A stretch of 64,000 bases of DNA from Nannocystis bainbridge (GTDB taxonomy: Bacteria > Myxococcota_A > Polyangia > Nannocystales > Nannocystaceae): assembly GCF_028368995.1 (NCBI RefSeq), contig NZ_JAQNDL010000003.1, forward strand, positions 1,536,001-1,600,000. Reading direction: 5' to 3'. The notes beneath the pieces were generated by a model, which was not told the DNA's origin, ran no database searches, and saw only the letters and a program-made list of their open reading frames with translations. The position numbers and the translations under genes were made by a program. How positions within the stretch are numbered: the stretch's first letter is position 1; the number at the start of each line of letters is the position of its first letter. Positions 35,851 through 45,649 of this stretch are shown piece after piece.

Positions 35851-37284
35851 ATGTCTCGCGCGCGCTCGCTCGTGGTCTCGCTCGTCGCCCTCACCGCCTG
35901 CAACGAATCGGCGAGCCCGCCGACGACCGGCACCGACAGCACCACGGCCGCGACCGACCCTGGCACCGCGGCCACCGACGCCAGCACCGACGGCCCCGCG
36001 ACCGCGACCTCGACCGGCGATGAGCCGACCACCACCTCGCCGACCGGCACCACCGGCGAGCCCGCGGGCCCGACCTACTACCGCGACATCAAGGCGATCC
36101 TCGACGCCAAGTGTGCCACTTGCCATCGCCCCGGCGACATCGCCCCGTTCTCGCTGACGAACTACGACGAGGCCGGCATGTTCGCCAAGATCCTCGGCCC
36201 CGCGATCGAGGACCGCACCATGCCCCCGTGGCCGCCCGGCGCCGACTGCAATCAGTTCGCCCACGACCGCGGCCTCTCGGACGGAGAGCGCGAGCTGGTG
36301 CTCGCGTGGATCGCCGCCGACGCGCCCGCGGGCGACCCGGACGACGCCCCGCCGCCGGTCGACGACGACGCGCCGCCGATCGCCTACGACGTGCAGATCG
36401 GGATCTCCGAGCCGTTCACGCCGGCGGAGGGGCTGGCCGACGATTATCGCTGCTTCCTGCTCGACTGGCCCAAAGACCAGGAGACCTACGCGACGGCCTT
36501 CACGATCGAGCCGGGGGCGCGGGAGATCGTGCATCACGTGATCGCCTTCATCATCCCGCCGGACGAGCTCGCGGAGTTCGAGGCGCTCGACGCCGCCGAC
36601 CCCGGGCCCGGTTATCCGTGCTACGGCGGCCCCGGCGGCGAGGCCAGCCCGCGCGCGCAGTGGCTCGGCGCGTGGGTCCCGGGCGCCAGCTCGGGCGCGC
36701 TGCCCGAGGGCACCGGCATCCGCGTCAAGCCCGGCTCGAAGATCGCCATGCAGATGCACTACCACCCGAACGGGGTCCCGACCGCCGACCAGTCGACGAT
36801 CATGGTCCGCACCGCCGACACCGTCGCGCGCCCCGCCCTGCTGCTGCCGGTCGCCCACCCCGGCTGGATGGTCGACGCCCCGCCCATGACGATCCCCGCC
36901 GGCGAGGCCGACGTCATGCACTCGTTCACCATCGACCTCGGCTCCATCATTCAGTACCTCTACAAGGACGAGGCGATCGGCGTCGGCAAGCCGATGCTGG
37001 CCCACATGGCCGGCGTGCACATGCACACCCGCGGCGCCCGGGCCAGCCTGGCCGTCGAGAGCGGCGGCGCCCCCGAGGCCTGCCTCGTCGACGTACCCCG
37101 CTGGGACTTCAACTGGCAGGGCATCTACGAGTTCGCCGCGCCGATCACCGTCGAGCCGTCCGACGTCGTCCGCCTCGAGTGCCACTTCGATAATTCCGCG
37201 GGCGACTCCGCGATCAAGTGGGGCGAGGGCACCGGCGACGAGATGTGCCTCGGCATGATCTACGTCAGCACCGACGCCCCGTGA
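35851..37284 (+). CDS. Lipoprotein: c-type haem plus copper type II (PHM/DBH-like) monooxygenase
   Basis: Lipobox LTAC, CATCH, MPPW, and candidate Cu ligands IVHH, QMHY, HMH and DEMC. Confidence 0.85.
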   Translation: MSRARSLVVSLVALTACNESASPPTTGTDSTTAATDPGTAATDASTDGPATATSTGDEPTTTSPTGTTGEPAGPTYYRDIKAILDAKCATCHRPGDIAPFSLTNYDEAGMFAKILGPAIEDRTMPPWPPGADCNQFAHDRGLSDGERELVLAWIAADAPAGDPDDAPPPVDDDAPPIAYDVQIGISEPFTPAEGLADDYRCFLLDWPKDQETYATAFTIEPGAREIVHHVIAFIIPPDELAEFEALDAADPGPGYPCYGGPGGEASPRAQWLGAWVPGASSGALPEGTGIRVKPGSKIAMQMHYHPNGVPTADQSTIMVRTADTVARPALLLPVAHPGWMVDAPPMTIPAGEADVMHSFTIDLGSIIQYLYKDEAIGVGKPMLAHMAGVHMHTRGARASLAVESGGAPEACLVDVPRWDFNWQGIYEFAAPITVEPSDVVRLECHFDNSAGDSAIKWGEGTGDEMCLGMIYVSTDAP

Positions 37285-37318
37285 CATGTCCCTTTCGACA
37301 TGCTCCTCGGGGCATGTC
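37283..37318. repeat. Three-unit 14-bp-period GACATGTC-like array
   Basis: GACATGTC at 37283, GACATGCT at 37297 and GGCATGTC at 37311; begins in a stop codon. Confidence 0.88.
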
Positions 37319-37408
37319 GTGAGGGCCAGCCGACCGCCGCGCCCGCGCGCGGACGCACGAGCCCGGCGGCTGCGGCGGCGGGCGCGAGCGGTTATACTCG
37401 CCGGCGGC

Positions 37409-38017
37409 ATGGCGAGCGAAGACACCAAGTCGGCCCGGACGCGCGAGCGGATCCTCGACGCGGCCGCGCGCGTGCTCAGCCGCAAGGGCTACGCCGGCAC
37501 CCGCCTGGCCGACGTGGCCGAGGCCGCCGAGGTCCAGGCGCCGGCGATCTACTACTACTTCGAGTCGCGCGACGCGCTGATCGAGGAGGTCATGTGGGTC
37601 GGGGCCCACCGCGTGCGCATGCACGTCGAGGAGGTGCTGGCCGCCCTGCCCGCCGACACCAGCCCGTTCGACAAGCTGCTCGAGGCGGTCGCCGCCCACC
37701 TCCGCTACGAGCTCCACATCTCCGATTACACCACCGCGTCGATCCGCAACGCCAACCAGGTCCCCGAGCAGCTGCGCGTGCGCCCGGCCGCCGAGGAGGC
37801 CACCTACAGCCGCCTGTGGCGCGACCTGTTCGCCCAGGCCCAGGCCGCCGGCCAGCTGCGCCCGGGCCTCGACATCAACGTCTCGCGCCTGCTCCTGCTC
37901 GGCTCGATGAATTGGGCCGCCGAGTGGTGGAACCCGCGCATGCGCTCGCTCGCCGACCTCGTCAAGGCGACGCAAGAATTCGTCCGCTTCGGCATGGGCA
38001 ACCCGGCGCAGTTCTGA
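37409..38017 (+). CDS. TetR/AcrR family regulator
   Basis: TRERILDAAA...GTRLADVAEAAEVQAPAIYYYFESRDALI; C-terminal NWAAEWW. Confidence 0.95.
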   Translation: MASEDTKSARTRERILDAAARVLSRKGYAGTRLADVAEAAEVQAPAIYYYFESRDALIEEVMWVGAHRVRMHVEEVLAALPADTSPFDKLLEAVAAHLRYELHISDYTTASIRNANQVPEQLRVRPAAEEATYSRLWRDLFAQAQAAGQLRPGLDINVSRLLLLGSMNWAAEWWNPRMRSLADLVKATQEFVRFGMGNPAQF

Positions 38018-38196
38018 CGGGTCACCCCGTCGAGGCCCGGCCCGCTCGCGCGACACACACCGCGACGACAGCGGGAGCGATGCTGCTCCGAACATCGAGC
38101 CATCATGCTCCAGGCACCACGGTCCGGACGGCATCTCCTCGCCGCACGCTCGGCCATGGTCGTCGCTGACGGCCGCGGCGATGGTAGAGTGCACGC

Positions 38197-38667
38197 ATGC
38201 GCCTCGCCTGCGTGCTCGTCACCGTGCTGGCCGCTTGCCAGGGCATCGAGCCTCCACCGGCCGAGTGCCCGCGCGACAGCCTGCTCGACGACCGCCTTCC
38301 GCTCTACCCCGACATGGAGGTGCGGTCGACCGGCGCGACGACCCGCGGCCGGCAGGACCACAACGGCTACGCCGCGACCGTGGCCGCGCCGTTCGCCCGC
38401 GTGCGCGAGTTCTACGCCCGCTGCCTGCGCGCCGAGCCGCTCGGCAACGACGACCACGCGCTGTTCCGCCGGACCGTCGTCGGCGCGTGGAGCGACCCGG
38501 GCGTCGACATCAAGGGGCCCGTCTTTCGTCCCGAAGACATGACCGACGTCATCCGCCTCCACCGCGCCGACGACGGAACCACTCGCATGACCCTGTCGGT
38601 GTCGTTGCCGTGGGGCCGCGGCGACCCGCGCAACGACGCCTACCGCCGCTCGTGGCCCGACTATTGA
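38197..38667 (+). CDS. Hypothetical lipoprotein
   Basis: Lipobox LAAC, 156 aa. Confidence 0.65.
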   Translation: MRLACVLVTVLAACQGIEPPPAECPRDSLLDDRLPLYPDMEVRSTGATTRGRQDHNGYAATVAAPFARVREFYARCLRAEPLGNDDHALFRRTVVGAWSDPGVDIKGPVFRPEDMTDVIRLHRADDGTTRMTLSVSLPWGRGDPRNDAYRRSWPDY

Positions 38668-38676
38668 GGCGGCGAA

Positions 38677-38705
38677 CCGACCGGGAGCGCTCCGCTCCCG
38701 GTCGG
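38677..38705. terminator. Perfect hairpin between convergent genes
   Basis: CCGACCGGGAGCG-CTC-CGCTCCCGGTCGG, 13-bp perfect stem. Confidence 0.7.
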
Positions 38706-38713
38706 GCCGCGAA

Positions 38714-40900
38714 TCACTCGTAGCGTTCGCCGCGCTCGGCCTTCGCCACCAGCGACGCCGGCGGCTCGAAGTGCGGCCCGTACGCCGCAGCCAGCGCGCG
38801 CGCCCGCTGCACGAACCCGCGCAGCCCGCCCTCGTATTGATTGATGTACTGCAACACCCCGCCGGTCCACGCCGGGAAGCCGATGCCGTAGATCGAGCCG
38901 ATGTTGGCGTCGGCCGCCGAGGTCAGCACATTGTCGTCGACGCAGCGCACCGTGTCGATCGCCTCGGCGAACAGCATCCGCTCCTGCAAGTCGATGAACG
39001 GCAGCTCCTTGCTGCCCGAGGCGAACGCCTCGCGCACCCCCGGCCAGATGCCGACGCGCTTGCCCGCCGCGTCGTACTCGTAGAACCCGCCGCCGGTCGA
39101 GCGGCCCTTGCGACCGAGCTCGTCGATCATGCGGTCGACCACCGCCTCGGCCCCGTGCGCGACCCACGTCTTGCCCTGCGCCTCCTCGGCCTTGCGCGTC
39201 TCCTGGCGGATCTTCTGCGTCAGCGTGATCGTCAGCTCGTCGAGCAGCTGCAGCGCCCCCGCCGGATAGCCGGCTTGCAGCGCCGCCTGCTCGATCGTCG
39301 CCGGCTCCACGCCCTCGCCGACGGCCGCCACCGCCTCGTTGATGAACTTGCCGATCACCCGCGACGTGAAGAACCCGCGCGCGTCGTTGACCACGATCGG
39401 CGTCTTGCGGATCTGCAGCACGAAGTCGAACACCTTGGCCAGCACCGCGTCCGACGTGTTCTTGCCGCGCACGATCTCGACCAGCTGCATCTTGTCGACC
39501 GGCGAGAAGAAGTGGATCCCGATGAAATCGGCCGGCCGCTGCACCCCCTCGGCCAGCAGCGCGATCGGCAGCGTCGAAGTGTTCGAGCCCAGCACCGCGG
39601 TCGGCTCCACGTACGGCTCGATCTCTTTGAAGACTTTGTGCTTGAGCTCGACGCTCTCGAACACCGCCTCGATCACGAAATCGACCCCCGTGAAGTCCTG
39701 CGGGTCCTCGGTCGCGTGGATGCGGGCCAGCAGCGCGTCGGCCTTGTCCTGGGTGGTCTTGCCGCGCTCGACCGCCTTCTGCTCGAGCTTGACCGCGTAG
39801 CTCTTGCCCTTCTGGGCCCCTGCCAGCGTCACGTCCTTGAGCACCACCTCGATCCCCGCCTTGGCCGCGACGTAGGCGATCGCCGCGCCCATCATGCCGG
39901 CGCCGATCACCCCGACCTTCTTGGCCTGGAACTTGGGGAACCCCGCCGGTCGGCTGGCGCCAGCGTTGATCTTCTGCAGGTCGAAGAAGAACGCCCCGAT
40001 CATGTTCTTCGCCACCTGGCCGGTCGTGAGGCTGACCAGATAGCGGGTCTCGATCAGCGACGCCGTGTCGAAATCGACCAGCGAGCCCTCGACCGCCGCC
40101 GCGAGGGCGGCCCGCGGCGCCGGCATCGGCGCGCCCTTGACCTGCTTGCGCAGGTTGGCCGCCATCGCCGGCAGGATGCTCGCCAGCGCCGGGCTGGCCG
40201 CGCTGCCGCCGGGGATCTCGAAGCCCTTCCTGTCCCACGGCTTTGCAGCCTCCGGGTTCGCGGCGATCCACGCCTTGGCTTGCGGGATCAGCCGATCGAC
40301 CGACGGCACCACCGCGTCGACCAGCCCGAGCTCGAGCGCCTCGCGCGGCTTGAACTTGGTGCCCGGCAGGATCACCTGCGTCAGCGCCTTTTGCAGCCCG
40401 AGCATGCGGACGATGCGGGTGATGCCGCCGCCGCCGGGCAATAGGCCCAGCGTGACCTCGGGCTGGCCGATCTGGCAGCCCGGCACGTCGGCGGCGATCC
40501 GGTGATGCGCGGCCAGGGCGACCTCGAGGCCGCCGCCGAGCGCGGTGCCGTTGATGGCGGCGACCACCGGCCGGCCGAGCTTCTCGAGCCGGCGCAGGTG
40601 ATCCTTGACGCGCTCGATGTGGGCCGTCTGTTCGGCCGCGCGCGAACCATCGTAGTTGCGCAGGCGGTTGAGGTCGCCGCCGGCGAAGAAGCTCTTCTTG
40701 GCGCTGGTCACGATCACCCCGGTGATCGTCGCTCGCTCCGCCTCGAGCCGCTCGACGCTGGCCGCCATCGACTCGGTGTAGGCGTCGTTCATCGTGTTGA
40801 CGCTCGCGCCCGGGTCGTCGATCGTCAGGATCACGATCCCGTCGTCGTCGCGCTTCCAGTGGATCGCAGGGGCCTTGTGGGTGTTCGAATCGCTCGTCAT
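38714..40900 (-). CDS. fadB: Fatty-acid oxidation multifunctional enzyme alpha subunit (enoyl-CoA hydratase / 3-hydroxyacyl-CoA dehydrogenase)
   Basis: FFAGGDL, GGGLEVAL, PEVTLGLLPGGGG, GAGMMG, SNTSTLPI and HFFSPV. Confidence 0.95.
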   Translation of the reverse strand: MTSDSNTHKAPAIHWKRDDDGIVILTIDDPGASVNTMNDAYTESMAASVERLEAERATITGVIVTSAKKSFFAGGDLNRLRNYDGSRAAEQTAHIERVKDHLRRLEKLGRPVVAAINGTALGGGLEVALAAHHRIAADVPGCQIGQPEVTLGLLPGGGGITRIVRMLGLQKALTQVILPGTKFKPREALELGLVDAVVPSVDRLIPQAKAWIAANPEAAKPWDRKGFEIPGGSAASPALASILPAMAANLRKQVKGAPMPAPRAALAAAVEGSLVDFDTASLIETRYLVSLTTGQVAKNMIGAFFFDLQKINAGASRPAGFPKFQAKKVGVIGAGMMGAAIAYVAAKAGIEVVLKDVTLAGAQKGKSYAVKLEQKAVERGKTTQDKADALLARIHATEDPQDFTGVDFVIEAVFESVELKHKVFKEIEPYVEPTAVLGSNTSTLPIALLAEGVQRPADFIGIHFFSPVDKMQLVEIVRGKNTSDAVLAKVFDFVLQIRKTPIVVNDARGFFTSRVIGKFINEAVAAVGEGVEPATIEQAALQAGYPAGALQLLDELTITLTQKIRQETRKAEEAQGKTWVAHGAEAVVDRMIDELGRKGRSTGGGFYEYDAAGKRVGIWPGVREAFASGSKELPFIDLQERMLFAEAIDTVRCVDDNVLTSAADANIGSIYGIGFPAWTGGVLQYINQYEGGLRGFVQRARALAAAYGPHFEPPASLVAKAERGERYE

Positions 40901-40922
40901 CTCGGTGCCCTCGGTGAAGCGC

Positions 40923-42134
40923 TCACACGCGCTCGATGATGGTGGCGATGCCCATGCCCGCGCCGACGCACAGCGTCGCCAGGCCGTAGCGCAGGTTGCG
41001 GCGCTCGAGCTCGTCGAGCAGCGTCCCGAGGATGATGCAGCCGGTCGCGCCGAGCGGGTGGCCCATGGCGATCGCCCCGCCGTTGACGTTGACCTTGTCG
41101 GCCGGGACCTCGAGGTCGCGCTGCCACTTGAGCACCACCGACGCGAACGCCTCGTTGAGCTCGAACAGGTCGATGTCGCCGATCGTCAGGCCCGCGCGCG
41201 CGAGCACCTTTTTGGTCGCCGGCGTCGGCCCCGTCAGCATGATCGTCGGCTCGCTGCCGGTCGCCGCCATCGCCACGATCCGCCCGCGCGGCTTCAGCCC
41301 GAGCTGCTTGCCGGCCTCCTCGCTGCCGAGCAGCATCAGCGCCGCGCCGTCGACGATGCCCGACGAGTTGGCCGCCGTGTGCACGTGGTGGATCTTCTCG
41401 ACCCGGTGGTACTTCTGCAGCGCCACCGCGTCGAAGCCCCCGAGCTCGCCCATCTTGACGAACGACGCCGGCAACGCGCCCAGCGACTGCACCGTCGACT
41501 CGGGCCGCCGGTGCTCGTCGTGGTCGAGCACGAGCACCCCGTTCATGTCCTTGACCGGCACCACCGAGCGCGCGAAGTGGCCGCTCTTCCACGCGTGCTC
41601 GGCCTTGCGCTGCGAGCCGACCGCGAACGCGTCGACGTCTTCGCGGCTGAAGCCCTCGAGCGTGGCGATGAGGTCGGCGCCGATGCCCTGCGGCACGAAG
41701 TAAGCGTCGTACGCGGTGGTCGGGTCCTGATGATAGGCCCCGCCGTCGGCCCCGATCGGCACGCGCGACATCGACTCGACGCCGCCCGCGAGCACGAGGT
41801 CGTCCGACCCCCCCGCGATCTTGGCCGCGGCCGTGTTGACGGCCTCGAGCCCCGAGGCGCAGAAGCGGTTGAGCTGCACGCCGGCGACCGTCTCCGGCAG
41901 CCCGGCGACCAGCGCCGCGGTGCGGGCGATGCACCCGCCCTGCTCGCCCACCGGCGACACCACCCCGAGGACGATGTCGTCGATGCGACCCAGCTGCAGC
42001 CCCGGGTTGCGCGGCACCAGCTCGTGGATCAGGCCGACGACGAGGTCGACCGGCTTGATGCTGTGCAGCGCTCCGCCCTTCAGCTTGCCCCGCGGGGTCC
42101 GCATCGCGTCGTAGATGAACGCGCTCTTGGCCAT
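40923..42134 (-). CDS. fadA: 3-ketoacyl-CoA thiolase
   Basis: [20 protein letters not shown] and CVGAGMG; directly upstream of fadB. Confidence 0.93.
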   Translation of the reverse strand: MAKSAFIYDAMRTPRGKLKGGALHSIKPVDLVVGLIHELVPRNPGLQLGRIDDIVLGVVSPVGEQGGCIARTAALVAGLPETVAGVQLNRFCASGLEAVNTAAAKIAGGSDDLVLAGGVESMSRVPIGADGGAYHQDPTTAYDAYFVPQGIGADLIATLEGFSREDVDAFAVGSQRKAEHAWKSGHFARSVVPVKDMNGVLVLDHDEHRRPESTVQSLGALPASFVKMGELGGFDAVALQKYHRVEKIHHVHTAANSSGIVDGAALMLLGSEEAGKQLGLKPRGRIVAMAATGSEPTIMLTGPTPATKKVLARAGLTIGDIDLFELNEAFASVVLKWQRDLEVPADKVNVNGGAIAMGHPLGATGCIILGTLLDELERRNLRYGLATLCVGAGMGIATIIERV

Positions 42135-42160
42135 GGCAGCAATCTAGACACGGCCCCAAA

Positions 42161-42180
42161 TTTTTACAACGAATTAAAAA
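42161..42180. promoter_or_regulatory. AT-rich inverted repeat in the fadA/ACAD divergent promoter
   Basis: TTTTTA-CAACGAAT-TAAAAA. Confidence 0.45.
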
Positions 42181-42246
42181 AGAACGCCCGCAGACTTGAC
42201 TCACGGCCGGTGTACGCGCCATCCTCGATGCGAAGGTAGGCGACCC

Positions 42247-43452
42247 ATGGCCATCCGCTTCGACCTCGATCCGGAGCTCGCCGCGCTGGTCCAGCGCACC
42301 CGCGAGTTCGTCCGCGATGTCGTCATCCCCGTCGAGCTCGCGTGCGGCGGCTCGCTCCACGACGCGCGCGACGCCGAGGACATCCGGCGCACGCTGCAGT
42401 CGCAGGCGCGCGCCGCCGGCCTGCTCGCGCCGCACGTCGGCGCGCAGTTCGGCGGCCGCGGCCTCGACGTGCGCGGGCAGGCGAGCGTGTTCGAGGAGGC
42501 CGGTTACTCCTTGCTCGGCCCGCTCGCGCTCAACATCTCGGCGCCCGACGAGGGCAACATGCACCTGCTCGAGCGCGTGGCCACGCCGGCGCAGCAGGCC
42601 AAGTATCTGGCGCCGCTCGCGGCCGGTGAGGTCCGCAGCTGCTTCGCCATGACCGAACCGCCGCCCGGCGCCGGCTCCGACCCACGCGCCCTGAGCACCC
42701 GCGCCACCCGCGTCGCCGAGGGCTGGCGCATCGAGGGCCGCAAGTGGTTCATCACCGGCGCGCGCGGGGCCGCGTTCGCCATCGTCATGGCCCGCACCTC
42801 CGGCGCGCCCGGCGACCGCGGCGGCGCGACCATGTTCCTGGTCGCCGGCGACAACCCGGGCCTGCAGATCGTCCGCGACCTCGACACCCTCGACCACGCG
42901 CTGTTCGCCGGCCACAGCGAGGTCGTGTTCGCCGATTGCATCGTCGGCGACGACGCGATCCTCGGCGAGGTCGACCGCGGCTTCGAATACGCGCAGGTCC
43001 GCCTGGCCCCGGCGCGCCTCACCCATTGCATGCGCTGGCTCGGCCTCGCGCGCCGCGCCCACGACCTCGCGCTCGCCCACGTGACCACGCGCGAGGCCTT
43101 CGGCGGCCGCCTCGCCGAGCTCGGGATGATCCAGCAGCAGCTCGCCGACAACGAGATCGAGCTCGCGGCCAGCCGCTCGTTGATCCTTCACACCGCGTGG
43201 GTCCTCGACACCGGCGGCGACGCCGGCACGGCGTCGTCGATCGCCAAGACCTTCGTGTCGGAGGCGGTCGGGCGGATCGTCGATCGGGCGATGCAGATGA
43301 CCGGCGCCGTCGGCACGTCCGGCGATCTGCTGCTGTCCCGCTACTGGCGTGAGGTCCGACCGTTCCGCATCTACGACGGCCCGAGCGAGACGCACCGGTG
43401 GTCGATCGCCAAGCGCAGCGTGTCGGCCTTCAAGAAGCGAGGCCACGGATGA
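42247..43452 (+). CDS. Acyl-CoA dehydrogenase (ACAD10/11 / LvaC-like)
   Basis: APDEGNMHLL, SCFAMTEP, RLTHCMR and RIYDGPSETH; coupled to the downstream kinase. Confidence 0.9.
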   Translation: MAIRFDLDPELAALVQRTREFVRDVVIPVELACGGSLHDARDAEDIRRTLQSQARAAGLLAPHVGAQFGGRGLDVRGQASVFEEAGYSLLGPLALNISAPDEGNMHLLERVATPAQQAKYLAPLAAGEVRSCFAMTEPPPGAGSDPRALSTRATRVAEGWRIEGRKWFITGARGAAFAIVMARTSGAPGDRGGATMFLVAGDNPGLQIVRDLDTLDHALFAGHSEVVFADCIVGDDAILGEVDRGFEYAQVRLAPARLTHCMRWLGLARRAHDLALAHVTTREAFGGRLAELGMIQQQLADNEIELAASRSLILHTAWVLDTGGDAGTASSIAKTFVSEAVGRIVDRAMQMTGAVGTSGDLLLSRYWREVRPFRIYDGPSETHRWSIAKRSVSAFKKRGHG

Positions 43453-44465
43453 ACCCGCCCGGCCTCGACCTGGCGGCGCTGCACCGCTACTTCGAGCAGC
43501 ATGTGCCCGACTACGGCGGCCGGCTCGACGCGCAGCTGCTCGCCGGCGGCAAGTCGAACCTCACCTATCGCCTGCGCGACGGCGTGCACGACTGGGTGCT
43601 GCGCCGGCCGCCGCTCGGCACGCTCACGCCCAGCGCCCACGACATGGCCCGCGAGTATCGAGTCGTCGCCGCGCTCGGCCCGACGCCCGTGCCCGTCGCC
43701 CCGGCCGTGCTGCTGTGCGAGGACACCGCGGTGCTCGGCGTGCCGTTCGCAGTCACCGCCTTCGTCGCGGGCCGCGTGATCCAGAGCGCCGCGGACGCGA
43801 CTTTATTAAATCCCGACGAGCAGCGACTGTGTGGATTCGAGCTGATCGATCGGCTTTGTCAATTGCACGCGATCGATCCGTCGAACGTCGGTCTCGACAA
43901 CTTCGGCCGCGCCGCGGGTTACCTCGAGCGGCAGATCCGTCGCTGGACCGACCAGTGGGAGCGCGTGCACACCCGCGACCTCGCCGAGCCCGTCGAGCTG
44001 GCCGGCCGCCTGCGCCTGGCCCTGCCCGCGCGCAGCGATCGCAGCATCGTGCACGGTGATTTTCGCCTCGACAACGTCATCCTCGCGCCCGACCGCATCG
44101 AGGTGGCCGCGATCGTCGACTGGGAGATGTGCACGCTCGGCGACCCGCTGGCCGACCTCGGCCTGGCGCTGGTCTACTGGGACCCGCTCACCGAGCCCGT
44201 GCTCGGCGTGCCGCACATCCGCCGGGATACCGCGAATCATTTTCCAAACGCCGAGGCGCTGGTCGAGCGCTATTCACGGCAGTCCGGCCGCGAGCTCGGC
44301 GAGCTCGACTTCTACGTGGCCCTCGGATTTTTTAAACTGGCGGTGATCGCCGAGGGCATCCATCAGCGCTACCGCGCCGGCCTGACCGTCGGGGACGGCT
44401 TCGCCACCACCGGCGACGCCGTCCTGCCGCTGCTGCGCGCGGGCATCGAACGCCTCGCGCCGTGA
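43449..44465 (+). CDS. APH-family phosphotransferase (ACAD10/11 kinase domain / LvaA-like)
   Basis: GGKSNLTY, LRRPP, HDMARE, HGDFRLDN and DWEMCTLGDPLADLG. Confidence 0.92.
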   Translation: MNPPGLDLAALHRYFEQHVPDYGGRLDAQLLAGGKSNLTYRLRDGVHDWVLRRPPLGTLTPSAHDMAREYRVVAALGPTPVPVAPAVLLCEDTAVLGVPFAVTAFVAGRVIQSAADATLLNPDEQRLCGFELIDRLCQLHAIDPSNVGLDNFGRAAGYLERQIRRWTDQWERVHTRDLAEPVELAGRLRLALPARSDRSIVHGDFRLDNVILAPDRIEVAAIVDWEMCTLGDPLADLGLALVYWDPLTEPVLGVPHIRRDTANHFPNAEALVERYSRQSGRELGELDFYVALGFFKLAVIAEGIHQRYRAGLTVGDGFATTGDAVLPLLRAGIERLAP

Positions 44466-44468
44466 GCA

Positions 44469-45649
44469 TCACTTAGTTCCCCCGCGCCCTCTCTTGCGAG
44501 GTGGCGGGGGCGGTGTCTCCGATAAATTGTTACTTGTGGCTCGGTCTACAATGGTATTCGCAGGCCCTAGTGCTGAGAAAATTTGCTGCTGAGCCCGCAT
44601 CGCGGCCGCTTCCAGTACTTTACTCAATGTTCGCTGTCGATCGCCTTTTGCCCGCTGATAACTCTTCTTAAATTCACCATCCGTACCGCGCTCCCAAAAT
44701 CTCTTCACAGAATAATAGAAATGCTGAGCAGACTCATCAGCGGCAAACCCAGCCTCAAATTCCACCTTAATCCCGTTCTTGCGCTCATCGATGGCAATCC
44801 ACGTCATTTCGCTCACAAAAAAACGAGACTCCGTAAAGCGCTTGTACTCCGGGGAGTGGTCAACTTTTCTTCCCGTTAGGATGATCTTCTTTACAGCAGC
44901 GGAAAAGTCTTCCTTAATGAGGTCTTCATCGCCCAGTTCATCTTCATTTGTTACGGACATACGGCTCCCTCGCACACTGAGGGTTTCGTGCATGTTGAAC
45001 CCTTCCATGTTGTGTCCGAGGTTGATGAAGAAGTTGGTACGAGATTCTGGATCCAGGATCGTCGAGAGATCAATAATAGTAGCGTTGACAGGCTCGCCCT
45101 TAGATTTCTGCAGACTTGCGACCATACTCTGAAGAATCTCTGTCCCACGATCTTGAGCACTGTGACGCACCTGAAGCCCAGAGCTGCTTTTCTCGATCTC
45201 GACCGAGACCTCACGCAAAGTCCTCTGAGCTAGGCGTGTCTTCCCAGGATCCACTTCCATATAGGTTGCGACAACGTGAAAGTGATTTTTGCCGGATTGC
45301 GCTACAGACCATTGCTCCCCCGCCGTTTCGGTTCTCTCTTCCTTCAAGAGATCCAGAACCGAACTTACCTCATCGATGGTGAAATCTCCAGCAATTGCCG
45401 CCATCGCACGCTTTCGCTACGTTCTAAAGTGCTAGTCTGGTCAAGAATTTCAGACAGCTGAATCCAGCTGTGCGACATGCGAGCAATCGCTGCAATGATC
45501 TGTTCGCGGCTATCCTCTTTGGGCAAAATAATTCCACGACCTTGGGCAAGTTGTAGCAGCCGTTGCTTGCCAAGCTTGGAAGAAAGCAAAAGATCCTTGA
45601 CGTCCTTATCGTCAGCAAAAATCATTCCTTCCGCAACTCGCTTACCCAT
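44469..45649 (-). pseudogene. Frameshifted low-GC gene, probable partner of the upstream nuclease (GapS4b-like)
   Basis: Two overlapping ORFs (45649-45365 and 45404-44469) join into one ~390-aa frame if one base is added at the T-run 45412-45414. The start overlaps the upstream gene's stop. Confidence 0.65.

Noticed and set aside
43790-44340. Small AT-richer patches within the phosphotransferase gene
   Set aside because: The frame and motifs are intact and the patches are too short to call an insertion.
45405-45420. Programmed -1 frameshift at CGAAAG
   Set aside because: The hexamer is not in the zero frame (read as GAA AGC), and no stimulatory element is evident.
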